A program made the translations under genes and the position numbers. Below, in pieces: positions 53,303 through 63,226 of a DNA stretch of 64,000 nucleotides. Position 1 is the stretch's first letter. Each line of letters opens with the position of its first letter. This DNA is from an uncultured candidate division Zixibacteria bacterium (lineage in GTDB: Bacteria; Zixibacteria; MSB-5A5; UBA10806). Location: positions 166,907 through 230,906 of the forward strand of contig CAWDFP010000011.1 of NCBI GenBank assembly GCA_963801605.1, given 5' to 3'. The notes beneath the pieces were generated by a model that saw only the letters and a list, made by a program, of their open reading frames with translations, did not search any database and had not been told where the DNA came from.

Positions 53303-55042
53303 GTGAATTTACTTAGAAATCCAGTCCTGAAAGTGGTGGGGATATTGGCGTTGGCGATCGTGTTAGTCGCTGGCTGCACAAAAAAGCCAGCCGCACCAAA
53401 TGCTGATATTCCACCTATTACCAGGATTACCACTTATGGAATCGCCACGGTCCCCGATTCGGCGTCTTTCTATTTAGTCACCGTTTATTGGGGAGCCTCG
53501 GATCCTGACGGCCAGGCTGAGAAGTTTCGCTATTGGGTCGATCAAGCCGGACTCGCTGATTCCATGAAAACTGAGACTTACGAAACCAGCGTGACCACGA
53601 GATTGTTGTTCAATTCAACTGTGTCAACGCATACTTTTTATGTTCAAGCCAGAGATAACCGCGACATCTGGGATCCCAACGCCGCATCGATGGTTATTAG
53701 CATTGGCAACATTAGCAATGTCAACAGATTCAATCCAACGACTTTGCCGGTTACCGTTCCCCCCGATGGTGCCTTAACCTCGCGCGGGGTACATTTCGTG
53801 ATCAACGGCATAGACCTGGATGGTTCCGTTGTCAATTTCCAGCGCGCTGTCGATGATACCACCGAATGGGTTACGGTTGCTCCGTCATTTATTCTGGCCA
53901 GAGTGTCGACCCTTGAGCTCGACATAACTCCGACTGATCTTTCGCTTGGACCGCATGTTGTTTATGTCCGGGCGATCGACAACTTTGGCAATCTGGATGA
54001 GTCACCGCTAACGATCAGCTTTGTGGCGGTGGATACTCTTCGTCCGGATTTGTCCGTAGTAGCCGGAGCTATTCCGCACGCTTTCTATTTCCTGCCGTCT
54101 GGCGGAACTACGACCGATGTAGCAACTACCTGGGCCGGTGATGCGACCTGGTATTATAGTACTCTTCAGTACCGTTATGCGGTAGATGATACCGCCAATT
54201 GGTCAGACCCGATTACCGCCAGTCAGGCCAACCTTACCGGCTTGCAGGCTGGCGCCCATCAATTCTTCATTCAGGCTATCGACCAGGCCGGTAACGCCAC
54301 AACCTTCTCCACCGATTTTGGTGTAGGACAATTAACCGGCGAAAGAGGCATCCTGGTTATCAACGGCATCGATTGGTCGCAATATGCATCCGAAGCCGCG
54401 CCAATGTATGCGGCGAATGGTCCGTGGGGAAACCACACGGTTCAATTCTGGGATTTCTTCTCCGGTTTCCAGAGCGATTATCCGCCGAACATCGTACCGC
54501 TTTATAAAGGCTCAGGTGCAGTCCCCGGCGATACACTGGGGCATTACAGCGCGATCGTCATGATCATGAACGAGTATGCCAATAATCCGCCGAGCGATCT
54601 CGATATCTTCAATTCGATGCGGCCCCTATTCATGTCGTATCTTAACGGCGGTGGAGACATTCTATTGGCAACTCGTTTTGGCGCCGACTTCATTAAAGAA
54701 GATCTGGCTCATTATGGCCTTACTGCCCCCGATTCTTTAGAATTTAACCAGATTGGGGTTGATCCCAGCAGTAACGGCTTGGTTGCAGCGGTTAGCGGTT
54801 TGGTGAATATCACCAGAACCGCCGGTTGGTCTCTTACCGACCTGCTGGCGCCACCTACTGATCCGGCGGTAACCGTGCTGTTTAATACGCCAAGTTATCC
54901 ATCGTCTGTCGGTGGTGTCATCGTTCAGCCAACGGGCAAGGGCAAGCTTGCGTTCATAGCCGGCAGACCGTACCGTTTCGAGCACACTTCGATGGCGGCT
55001 GATTTTGACTATATTTTAACCCATTACTTTGGCGAGCAATAA
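53303..55042 (+). CDS. Surface lipoprotein with Ig-like repeats and a C-terminal alpha/beta domain
   Basis: Lipobox LVAGC; repeated W...D.DG....(F/Y)....D and H.F.V.A.D..GN motifs; C-domain ILVINGIDW..YLNGGGDILL. Confidence 0.72.
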   Translation: MNLLRNPVLKVVGILALAIVLVAGCTKKPAAPNADIPPITRITTYGIATVPDSASFYLVTVYWGASDPDGQAEKFRYWVDQAGLADSMKTETYETSVTTRLLFNSTVSTHTFYVQARDNRDIWDPNAASMVISIGNISNVNRFNPTTLPVTVPPDGALTSRGVHFVINGIDLDGSVVNFQRAVDDTTEWVTVAPSFILARVSTLELDITPTDLSLGPHVVYVRAIDNFGNLDESPLTISFVAVDTLRPDLSVVAGAIPHAFYFLPSGGTTTDVATTWAGDATWYYSTLQYRYAVDDTANWSDPITASQANLTGLQAGAHQFFIQAIDQAGNATTFSTDFGVGQLTGERGILVINGIDWSQYASEAAPMYAANGPWGNHTVQFWDFFSGFQSDYPPNIVPLYKGSGAVPGDTLGHYSAIVMIMNEYANNPPSDLDIFNSMRPLFMSYLNGGGDILLATRFGADFIKEDLAHYGLTAPDSLEFNQIGVDPSSNGLVAAVSGLVNITRTAGWSLTDLLAPPTDPAVTVLFNTPSYPSSVGGVIVQPTGKGKLAFIAGRPYRFEHTSMAADFDYILTHYFGEQ

Positions 55043-55055
55043 GGAGAGTATTGAG

Positions 55056-56473
55056 ATGATAAAAAAGACTCCTTTAACGTTTTGGATTGCCGGATTGCTG
55101 ACGGCGCTCGCCATCATCATCTCCGGCTGTTCAACCAAGAAACCCTGGGGTACGAACCCGAATATTCCGTTCGCGGTAAGTTTTATATCGGCGCCTACGG
55201 ATTCGGTTCCCGCAAATGTCCACACATCTTTTTCGTGGGCGGTTACTGGCGGAACAGGGGCGGTGACTTCTCAGTATAGAGTCGGCGATAACGCCTGGTC
55301 TGAGCAAGCCGCTATCACCACGGCCACTCTTTCGAACTTGGCGGTTGGGACATACACATTTTCTGTCCAGGCCCAGGATGCCGAAGGTCATACCGCGACT
55401 GCCAGCACCTCCTTTATCGTAAAGGAGGCAGCGGCCATACCTCCCGATACAATTCCACCGTATGTTTCAATCATTGGATCGCCGGCGGAAAGTTCATTTG
55501 TTGCCGTTGGATCGGTTGTGGCGTTTGCATGGACCGGCTTTGATTCCCTGGGAAGCGGTGCTGATCTGTTATTCCAGTACAGTTTCGGTGATGAAACATC
55601 AGAATGGCTTCCGATTCGTACGGTAACCTTCAACAATGTTTCCGCCGCCAATCCCGCCACGTTTACAGTTCGGGCCAAGGATGTCGCCGGTAATATTTCG
55701 ACTACGGCCAGTATGGTGTTCTTCATTAAGATCGCCAACATACTTTATGTTGATGATTATCAATGGCTCGATACTTATGGCTATGTCGATCGTGCCAAGG
55801 AAAGAGACCAGAAAGGTTTCTATCGCGAGGCTCTCAAGGGTTACGCATTTGCTGAGTGGGATATCGCCGCTCAGGGAATGCCGGATTCGGCTTATATAAT
55901 TCAATTCTCGACCGTCGTTTTCGCATCCGATACCAAATTGAATGATGGATCCGATACCTGGTGGGTAGATGTCGGCGATGTTCACGGTGGTGTGCTTCGT
56001 TATTATATGGAGCATAACGGTCACTTGCTGGCAACTGGAGCTTCAGTCCTCAGGTGGATTTATAACACTAATCCTCCAGCGGCCGGAGATTTCGAGTATG
56101 ATTGGTTTGGACTCGATTCCACCGGCGGATGGGATTATTGGGCCGATTTTACATGGGCTGTTAAAGCTCCGGCCACAAACCTGGATCTGCCGGATTCCAT
56201 GAAGATTGACGTTGCTAAAAATGGTACTCAGGTTGATTACGCCGAAAACATCTTCGGATTTAGACCCAATGTTCAATCGATTTTTGTTAAGGGTTTGGAT
56301 GTTGATGGCGGAGAACCGAGGATTATGGAGTATCAGTAGGGCACATTTATTCTCCTGCAGGACATGCCAGGAGCGCTCTAATTGATTTCGATACGTATTC
56401 CATGCCATTACCAGCAATACGTCAAACATTCCATACGATTCTCAATCAGTTCGGTGAAGGCCCCGGGCTTTAA
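55056..56473 (+). CDS. Surface lipoprotein with Ig-like repeats and a C-terminal alpha/beta domain (frameshift near 56318)
   Basis: Lipobox ISGC; YTFSVQAQDAEG and FTVRAKDVAGN; ILYVDD..YMEHNGHLL. Adding one base extends the ORF to ..TILNQFGEGPGL, resembling the ILTHYFGEQ ending of the upstream gene. Confidence 0.7.
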
Positions 56474-56494
56474 ACCAAACCGAGATCTGTAACG

Positions 56495-56533
56495 AGGCCC
56501 GCCCGCCACAATCGGCGGGTGGGCCTTTCTTTT
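56495..56533 (+). terminator. Strong hairpin with U-tract between the lipoprotein gene and dacB
   Basis: AGGCCCGCCCGCC-ACAATC-GGCGGGTGGGCCT followed by TTCTTTT. Confidence 0.7.
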
Positions 56534-56536
56534 AAG

Positions 56537-58007
56537 ATGAGTGAAATTTTGATTCGAATTATTTTAGTGCTAATTCTCTGTCTTACTGCGTCTGCCGGAG
56601 CCGCCGTAAATGATGTTTTAAGCAGGCTGCTGTCTGATTCCCTTCTTTCGAGCGCCTCGATTGGCGTTGAGCTGTTCGATATCGATGCCGACAGCGTCAT
56701 ACTGGAACATGAGAGCGGCAAACTATTTACTCCGGCTTCGAATCTCAAGCTGTTTACCAGCGCGGCCGCATTGGAGCGCCTGGGGCCAAGGTTTAGATTT
56801 AAAACAAATTTCTTTTATTCCGGTTCGATTGATAAAAAGGGGAAGCTCGATGGAAATCTTATTGTTGTTGGCGGAGGGGACCCACTGATCTCCGGGCGGT
56901 TTAGATCGGGTGTAACTGAAGTATTAGAATTTTGGGCTGATTCACTTAAAGCTCGGGGAATAAAAGAGATTCCGTTCGGGCTTCGGGTGGATAATTCCCT
57001 GTTTTCATCGCCAGAGTTGGGACCGGGATGGTCATGGGATGATCTGTCGTACTGGTATGCCTGCCCGATATCGGCGCTTTTCGTTTAACGATAATTGCGT
57101 GGATTTGAAATTTTTCCCCGGCAAGAAGGCGGGTGATCCTGCCAGGATCGAGTATAATCCGCAAGACTAATTATATATCGATATATAATATCGCCAAAAC
57201 TGTTGCCGGCGGAATCGAGTTTCACTCTCGATTATTACCGGATGCCTCAGAGACCAATAATGTCACCTTTTTCGGAGGCATTCCTCGATTTGCGACAGCG
57301 CCGGACGGTCAGATTACGTATCGGTTTACAGGCCGGAGATATATACGCTTACAATTTTCAAGGATGTCTTACAGAGAAAGGGGATCGAGGTAAACGGCGA
57401 TATATTGGCGATGACGGATATTAAGGAGATTCACACCTTCGATATGGAAAAATTAACTCCGCTGTTTACCTGGCAATCGGATTCGCTTCCGGTTGTCCTC
57501 AAGGTAATCAATACCAACAGCCAGAATTTTTTCGCGGAGCAGACGCTTAGGATGCTGGGCGTAGCGGAAGAAAGCGATGGGTCATTTAAGGGTGGCGTAA
57601 AGGCTGTGTATGAATATCTTTATTCGCTTGGAATAACAGATCGTGATATAATAATGTACGATGGTTCGGGATTGGCATATATGAATCTCGTCAAACCGAA
57701 CGCAGTAATCAGGCTTTTGACTGCCATGTCAAAAAGCCCCAATTTTGGAGTATATTTGGAATCTCTGGCAAATCCCGAAAAAGACAGGGCGCTTAGAAGC
57801 AGGCTCAAGGGCGTTTCGAATAGAGGCAACGTCTATGCTAAAACGGGTTATATCTCCGGAGCCAGCACATTTTCGGGATATATCAGGGCGCCCAAAAGCG
57901 GGCACTTATTAGCCTTTTCGATAATGGTAAATAATTACGCCTGTGACAACTCCTATTCCGAGGCCTGGCAGGATTCACTTGTGGCGGCGGTGCTCGGCGA
58001 ATATTAG
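56537..58007 (+). CDS. dacB: D-alanyl-D-alanine carboxypeptidase/endopeptidase PBP4 (S13) (several frameshifts, 57080-57400)
   Basis: SxxK in PASNLK, GGGDP, GWSWDD, SxN in NSQN, DGSGL, KTG in AKTGY, FSIMVN. Confidence 0.88.
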
Positions 58008-59288
58008 ATGGATTATTTTCAGTATCATAACGGCGAACTGTATTGCGAGGATGTTTCCATTCGGGAAATCGCCGATAAATATTCCACTCCCTTATTTATC
58101 TATAGCCTGAAGACGCTCTTACGTCATTTCCGCGTGACACAAGAGGCGTTTGGCGAAATTCCTCATATCATCTGCTATGCCGCCAAAGCCAATCCAAAAT
58201 TAGCGATCCTGAAGGTTGCCGCTATTTCGGGCGCTGGATGTGATGTCGTCTCCCAGGGCGAATTGCGGGCTGCTCTAATGGCTGGTATCGAGCCGCAAAA
58301 AATCGTTTTCTCCGGTGTAGGGAAGAGTGAGCAGGAGATCGAATACGCAATCTCGTCTAAAATCCTGTTCCTTTGTGCCGAATCGCTTGCGGAATTAGAG
58401 ACGATTGCAGAAATCGGCCGTCGGAAAAGAATTGTGGTTCCAATAGCAATTAGGGTCAATCCCGATATCGATCCGGGGACACATCCATATATCGCTACCG
58501 GGCTAAAGAAGACCAAGTTTGGACTTAGCGAGAAAACCGCCAAGGCGGCTTATAAGTTTGCAATGAAGGAAAAATGGCTGGAGCCGATCGGCATTTCCAT
58601 GCATATAGGCTCGCAAGTTGAATCGGTTAAACCATATATAGCGGCGGCCGGAAAAGTTGTAAATTTATACAAATATTTATGGAAACAAAGCATACATTTA
58701 AGATATATAGATATCGGCGGTGGATGGGCGGCGCATCTTAGAGTTAATAATCGCCTGCCAAACCCTGCCGATTACGTCTCGGCTGTCAAAGACCTCTTTA
58801 GCGGTTTGCCGGTTACGGTTATCGCCGAGCCTGGTAGATCGCTGGTTGGCAATGCCGGGATTTTGATTATGAGGACGATTGCGACCAAAAAAACCAATGT
58901 GAAGAATTTTTGCATTGTCGATGCCGGCATGAACGACTTTGTACGGCCGTCGCTCTACAACGCCAAACATCGGATTGAACCGGTAATCAGACGAGGCGGC
59001 GCTAAAGTGGAGTACGATGTCGTAGGACCGGTTTGCGAAAGCGGAGATTTCTTAGGTCGCGCGGTCAAACTGCCGAAAATATATAAGGGAGATCTGTTGT
59101 GCCTGTTCACGGCGGGAGCCTATGGATCGGCTATGAGCTCCAACTATAACAGCCGCAGGCGCGCTGCCGAGGTTGCCGTGGCGGGCAAAAAGGTTATATT
59201 AATTAAGAAACGGGAAACTTTTGATGATCTAATCGCCGGGCAATCCATAACCGGCATAGACGATAGATTAGTGAGGGGAATTAAGTGA
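58008..59288 (+). CDS. lysA: Diaminopimelate decarboxylase
   Basis: YAAKAN, RVNPD..THPYIATG..KFG, HIGSQ, EPGR, GPVCESGD, GAYG..MSSNYN. Confidence 0.94.
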   Translation: MDYFQYHNGELYCEDVSIREIADKYSTPLFIYSLKTLLRHFRVTQEAFGEIPHIICYAAKANPKLAILKVAAISGAGCDVVSQGELRAALMAGIEPQKIVFSGVGKSEQEIEYAISSKILFLCAESLAELETIAEIGRRKRIVVPIAIRVNPDIDPGTHPYIATGLKKTKFGLSEKTAKAAYKFAMKEKWLEPIGISMHIGSQVESVKPYIAAAGKVVNLYKYLWKQSIHLRYIDIGGGWAAHLRVNNRLPNPADYVSAVKDLFSGLPVTVIAEPGRSLVGNAGILIMRTIATKKTNVKNFCIVDAGMNDFVRPSLYNAKHRIEPVIRRGGAKVEYDVVGPVCESGDFLGRAVKLPKIYKGDLLCLFTAGAYGSAMSSNYNSRRRAAEVAVAGKKVILIKKRETFDDLIAGQSITGIDDRLVRGIK

Positions 59289-60397
59289 AAGGCAATCTCA
59301 GGCCCTCGCACATTGAAATTGACTTGAGGGCTCTTCGAAATAACCTCTCAGTTGTAAAAGGCTGGGCTGGCGCCAACTCCAAACTCATGGCTGTTGTTAA
59401 GGCCAACGCCTACGGGCACGGAGCGGTTAAGGTCTCGGAGGTTCTCTCCGAGGGTAAAGTTGATTTTTTGGGCGTGGCTTTTCTCGAGGAAGCCCGCGAG
59501 CTTAAAGAAGCCGGGATTAAGACTCCAATCGTATTACTCTATCCCGAAACAGACGAACGCAGCGCCGAGGCCGTCCGAAACGGTTTTCATATCACTATTA
59601 CGGACCTCGATCAATGCGATGCCATCAAAACGATCGTGGGGAATGATTATCCCATAAATTATTTCGTAAAACTTGAAACCGGAATGAACCGGTATGGCAT
59701 GCCCCCCGATGAAGTCGAAACTGCCGCCGAAACCAAAGACAGCCGGCCGGGTTCTCATCTGATGGGCATCACTACCAATTTGGCCGATTCCAATGGCAAC
59801 AATTCTCTTCTGGCCAAAAAGCAGGTTGGGAATTTTATGCATGTCATGGAATCGATCCAGAGACTCTCACAGAACGGCCTGCTCTATTCTCTGGAATCAT
59901 CCGGCATCCTCTGGAAAAATAAAAAGACTGATGGCAGCTTGGTACGCGTGGGGCATCTGCTTTATGGTCTGGTGCCCGGCGGCGCCTCTTCTTCTGAGCT
60001 TCAGCCAGTGATGTCCGTTAAGAGCCGCGTAGCCGAAATTCACAATCTCAAAGCTGGTGACGGCGTGGGATATGGATTCTCATTCGTAGCCTCGAAAGAG
60101 GCAAAAGTCGCCACGATTCCGATGGGTTATGCTGATGGCTATCCCTGGGCGCTTTCCAACAAAGGCCGCGTGGTAATCAAAGGGAAAAAAGCTCCAATCG
60201 TAGGGCGTATATGCATGGACGCTTTTATGATCGATATCACCGATATTCCCGGCTGTCAGGAGGGGGATGAGGTGGTGATCCTGGGGCAGATGGATGATGA
60301 GAAAATCGACGCTCATGAATTGGGACAATGGTCGGGATCGTTTTCTTATGAGATTCTATCGCGCTGGAGCCGGAGGCTTCCAAGAATTTATCTATGA
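59285..60397 (+). CDS. alr: Alanine racemase family protein (divergent)
   Basis: AVVKANAYGHG, ETGMNRYG, GVGYG, GYADG, GRICMD. Confidence 0.85.
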   Translation: MKGNLRPSHIEIDLRALRNNLSVVKGWAGANSKLMAVVKANAYGHGAVKVSEVLSEGKVDFLGVAFLEEARELKEAGIKTPIVLLYPETDERSAEAVRNGFHITITDLDQCDAIKTIVGNDYPINYFVKLETGMNRYGMPPDEVETAAETKDSRPGSHLMGITTNLADSNGNNSLLAKKQVGNFMHVMESIQRLSQNGLLYSLESSGILWKNKKTDGSLVRVGHLLYGLVPGGASSSELQPVMSVKSRVAEIHNLKAGDGVGYGFSFVASKEAKVATIPMGYADGYPWALSNKGRVVIKGKKAPIVGRICMDAFMIDITDIPGCQEGDEVVILGQMDDEKIDAHELGQWSGSFSYEILSRWSRRLPRIYL

Positions 60398-61176
60398 CAA
60401 TGCGTTTTAATGTCAGCGTAGCCGATCTTCGCAAAGAGTCCTCCAACCGCTCGGAGAGAGTCAGCCAGGGGCTTTTCAACGAAATTGTAGAGGTAACTGA
60501 AGATGGGGAGAAAATGCAAAAAGTGCGTTTCTCCGGCGGCTACGAGGGCTGGGTATTAAAGCAGTTTTTAAGCGATCATAATGGCTTTTATGGGCACGGT
60601 CCCTATATAATCGATAGCGGACTTGCTCCCGCCTTTGAAAAACCCGACCTGGTTTCGAAACGAGTAACGCTTATTCCTTATGGATGCAAGCTGTATGGAA
60701 CCAGCGAGGACGGCTTTCTTCGGATTAGAACCGACCGCTATGGTATAATCTTTATCTCCGGTTACAATATCATTGGCGGAGATGAGATTCAGCCTTTAAC
60801 CGATGACGATCCCTATATTTTAACCAAGGAAGCTGAGAAGTTTTTGGGATCGCCTTATCTCTGGGGCGGGCGAACGATGTTTGGGATCGACTGTTCGGCT
60901 TTCGTGGGGGCGATCGCGGCCAGATTTGGAGTAATATTACCACGCGATACCAAAGAACAAATCGCGGTCGGGACCAGGATCGCCAGAGAGGATGTCAAAC
61001 GCGGCGATTTGCTGTTTTTCCCCGGACATGTAGCCCTGGCAATCACCAATGATCTTTATATCCACTCCAGCCGATCTAACGGTGGAGTGGCTTACAATAG
61101 CTTCGATTTTAAGAGTTCCCTGTACAATGAATCGTTGCACAAATCGTTTATCATGGCGCGGAGAATTTTCGCGTGA
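60394..61176 (+). CDS. NlpC/P60 (C40) peptidase with SH3-like N-terminus (YkfC / dipeptidyl-peptidase VI-like)
   Basis: PYLWGG..GIDCSAF, LPRD, GDLLFFPGHV, YIHSS. No signal peptide. Confidence 0.88.
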   Translation: MTMRFNVSVADLRKESSNRSERVSQGLFNEIVEVTEDGEKMQKVRFSGGYEGWVLKQFLSDHNGFYGHGPYIIDSGLAPAFEKPDLVSKRVTLIPYGCKLYGTSEDGFLRIRTDRYGIIFISGYNIIGGDEIQPLTDDDPYILTKEAEKFLGSPYLWGGRTMFGIDCSAFVGAIAARFGVILPRDTKEQIAVGTRIAREDVKRGDLLFFPGHVALAITNDLYIHSSRSNGGVAYNSFDFKSSLYNESLHKSFIMARRIFA

Positions 61177-62297
61177 GAGCATTTCTCAAATTTGGAATTA
61201 TCGCTCTTACGTTTGCGGGAGCGCTCATTATACTCCTGTTATTGAAAGGAGAAAGTTTGTCGGGCAAAAAACTTCATACTATGATTTTCCTCGAAACCGC
61301 CGCCGATTGGCAGGGATGCTCAATTAAAAGCTGCCGCTTTGATGACAATTCCGTTTTTTTATTGAACTCCTCTGAGCCTGCGGAATTGACTACTCAACCG
61401 ATTACACCGGGCTTTCCGTTTGACGAGCTGATTCTCACCTGGAATGCGTCAGAACCGGATTCATTATCGGTTCTGGAATTTGATCTCGAGCTCTCCGCGG
61501 ATAAGGAAACCTGGTATCAATTCCATTACCAGACCTGGGGTCCGCTTATCGAATCAAAGTGGGGCAGCTCCGGCGTGTCTGAGCATAAGGGGGTTGGAAA
61601 GGTCAATACCGACTGTCTGAATCTCGAAACTCCGATGCGGTTCGTTAAGGTGCATGTCAGAGCTTTAGGCGATCCGGGCGCGAGAGACATCGAGCTTCGC
61701 AGATTAGCGTTTTCTTTCTCAAGTAAGAATTCCACATGGGATGATTATCAAACTCATCGTTGGAAAGGAAATGCCAATTTTGAGTATGTAAAATTAGCGG
61801 TGCCGTATTTTACGCAGAGGAATCTGCCCGAGGATATCTCCGGTAGTACCTGCTCGCCGACATCCGTAGGCATGGTGTTGAATTATTATGGTAAGGATAT
61901 AGACCCGGAGCAGTTTGCTCATCTGGCTTACGATCCGCGCGGCAAGATATTCGGCAATTGGCCTCATAATATGGCGGCAGCCTACGCTTGTGGAATGGCC
62001 AAAACCTGGGTGGAGAGCCATTCGAGTTTCGATGAAATCTCCAATGAGGTGCGCGCGGGGAAACCGGTAATTATCAGCATTGCCTATGGTTTTGATGAAC
62101 TGCCGCATTCTCCTATCCACGAGGCTCCGGACGGACACCTGATCTGCGTGGTTGGATTCAATGGCCCCGATACGGTTATCTGCAACGATCCGGCGGGGCA
62201 CAATATCGATGATGGCATAATCAGCTATCCTCGGCATGAATTGGAAAAGGTGTGGATTGGGCATGGGGGCATAGCGTATCATCTATGGCCAAACTGA
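61173..62297 (+). CDS. Peptidase C39-like family protein with an N-terminal membrane anchor
   Basis: VPYFTQ, CSPTSVGMVLNYYG, GNWPHN, GHLICVVGF, VICNDPA. Confidence 0.82.
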   Translation: MRAFLKFGIIALTFAGALIILLLLKGESLSGKKLHTMIFLETAADWQGCSIKSCRFDDNSVFLLNSSEPAELTTQPITPGFPFDELILTWNASEPDSLSVLEFDLELSADKETWYQFHYQTWGPLIESKWGSSGVSEHKGVGKVNTDCLNLETPMRFVKVHVRALGDPGARDIELRRLAFSFSSKNSTWDDYQTHRWKGNANFEYVKLAVPYFTQRNLPEDISGSTCSPTSVGMVLNYYGKDIDPEQFAHLAYDPRGKIFGNWPHNMAAAYACGMAKTWVESHSSFDEISNEVRAGKPVIISIAYGFDELPHSPIHEAPDGHLICVVGFNGPDTVICNDPAGHNIDDGIISYPRHELEKVWIGHGGIAYHLWPN

Positions 62298-63226
62298 TCA
62301 AACCAAAAAGACTCCGTGTAGGTTCGAACGTAGCGGTGATCGCTCCGTCAGGGCCTCCCAGGCCGGAGCGTTTAAGACGGGGCATCGAATTATTAACAAG
62401 GCATGGTTATAATTTACGGGTTTATCCTCAGGTAAGGCGGCAACGCGGCTATCTGGCAGGCGATGATAAAGTGCGAGCAGCAGCTCTCATGGATGCTTTC
62501 GCCGATACATCTATTGATGCCATCTTTGCGGCGCGCGGCGGTTTCGGCTGCCAGCGGCTCCTTCCATATATCGATTTTAAAATCATTAAACACAATCCCA
62601 AACCGATTGTAGGTTATTCCGATCTTACCGTTTTACTTTTATCCATATATAAAGAATGCGGGATGGTAACATTTCATGGCCCGATGGTCTCGATTGATTT
62701 CGGTTCCAGGCCGGGAAAGTTTATCGCGGGAAATTTTTATAAAGCTTTGGAAAGCACGGAGCCTATCGGCCTTATCCCCAACGCGCCTAAATATAAATAT
62801 GGCAGTATCCACGGCGGAAAGGCCGAAGGTGCAATTGTAGGGGGCAATCTCTCGCTGATCTCCCGCATGGTTGGCACCGGATTTCTGCCGTCGTTCAAAG
62901 ATAAAATCGTATTTCTGGAAGATACCGATGAGCAGCCTTACCGAATCGATTCCTATTTGGCACAGCTTTTTCAGGCTACCGATATTTCAGAGGGGAAGGG
63001 TTTTATAATCGGGGAAATTACCAATAGTCTGCCTCACGGGAAAAACGCCAAGAGCCTGACTATGGCCCAAGTGCTGAAAGATTATTTTGTGCCTTTGAAA
63101 AAACCGGTTATCACCGGTTATCCCTGCGGCCACGGAGACGAAAAGGTTACAATTCCTATCGGGGTAAGGGTCGCAATTGACGCCGATAAAAAGACTCTGG
63201 ATATAAAGGAGGCGGGTGTTATATGA
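62285..63226 (+). CDS. ldcA: Muramoyltetrapeptide LD-carboxypeptidase (S66)
   Basis: VIAPSG, RGGFG, GYSDLT, FHGPM, GGNL, FLED, GHG. Confidence 0.9.
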   Translation: MAKLIKPKRLRVGSNVAVIAPSGPPRPERLRRGIELLTRHGYNLRVYPQVRRQRGYLAGDDKVRAAALMDAFADTSIDAIFAARGGFGCQRLLPYIDFKIIKHNPKPIVGYSDLTVLLLSIYKECGMVTFHGPMVSIDFGSRPGKFIAGNFYKALESTEPIGLIPNAPKYKYGSIHGGKAEGAIVGGNLSLISRMVGTGFLPSFKDKIVFLEDTDEQPYRIDSYLAQLFQATDISEGKGFIIGEITNSLPHGKNAKSLTMAQVLKDYFVPLKKPVITGYPCGHGDEKVTIPIGVRVAIDADKKTLDIKEAGVI

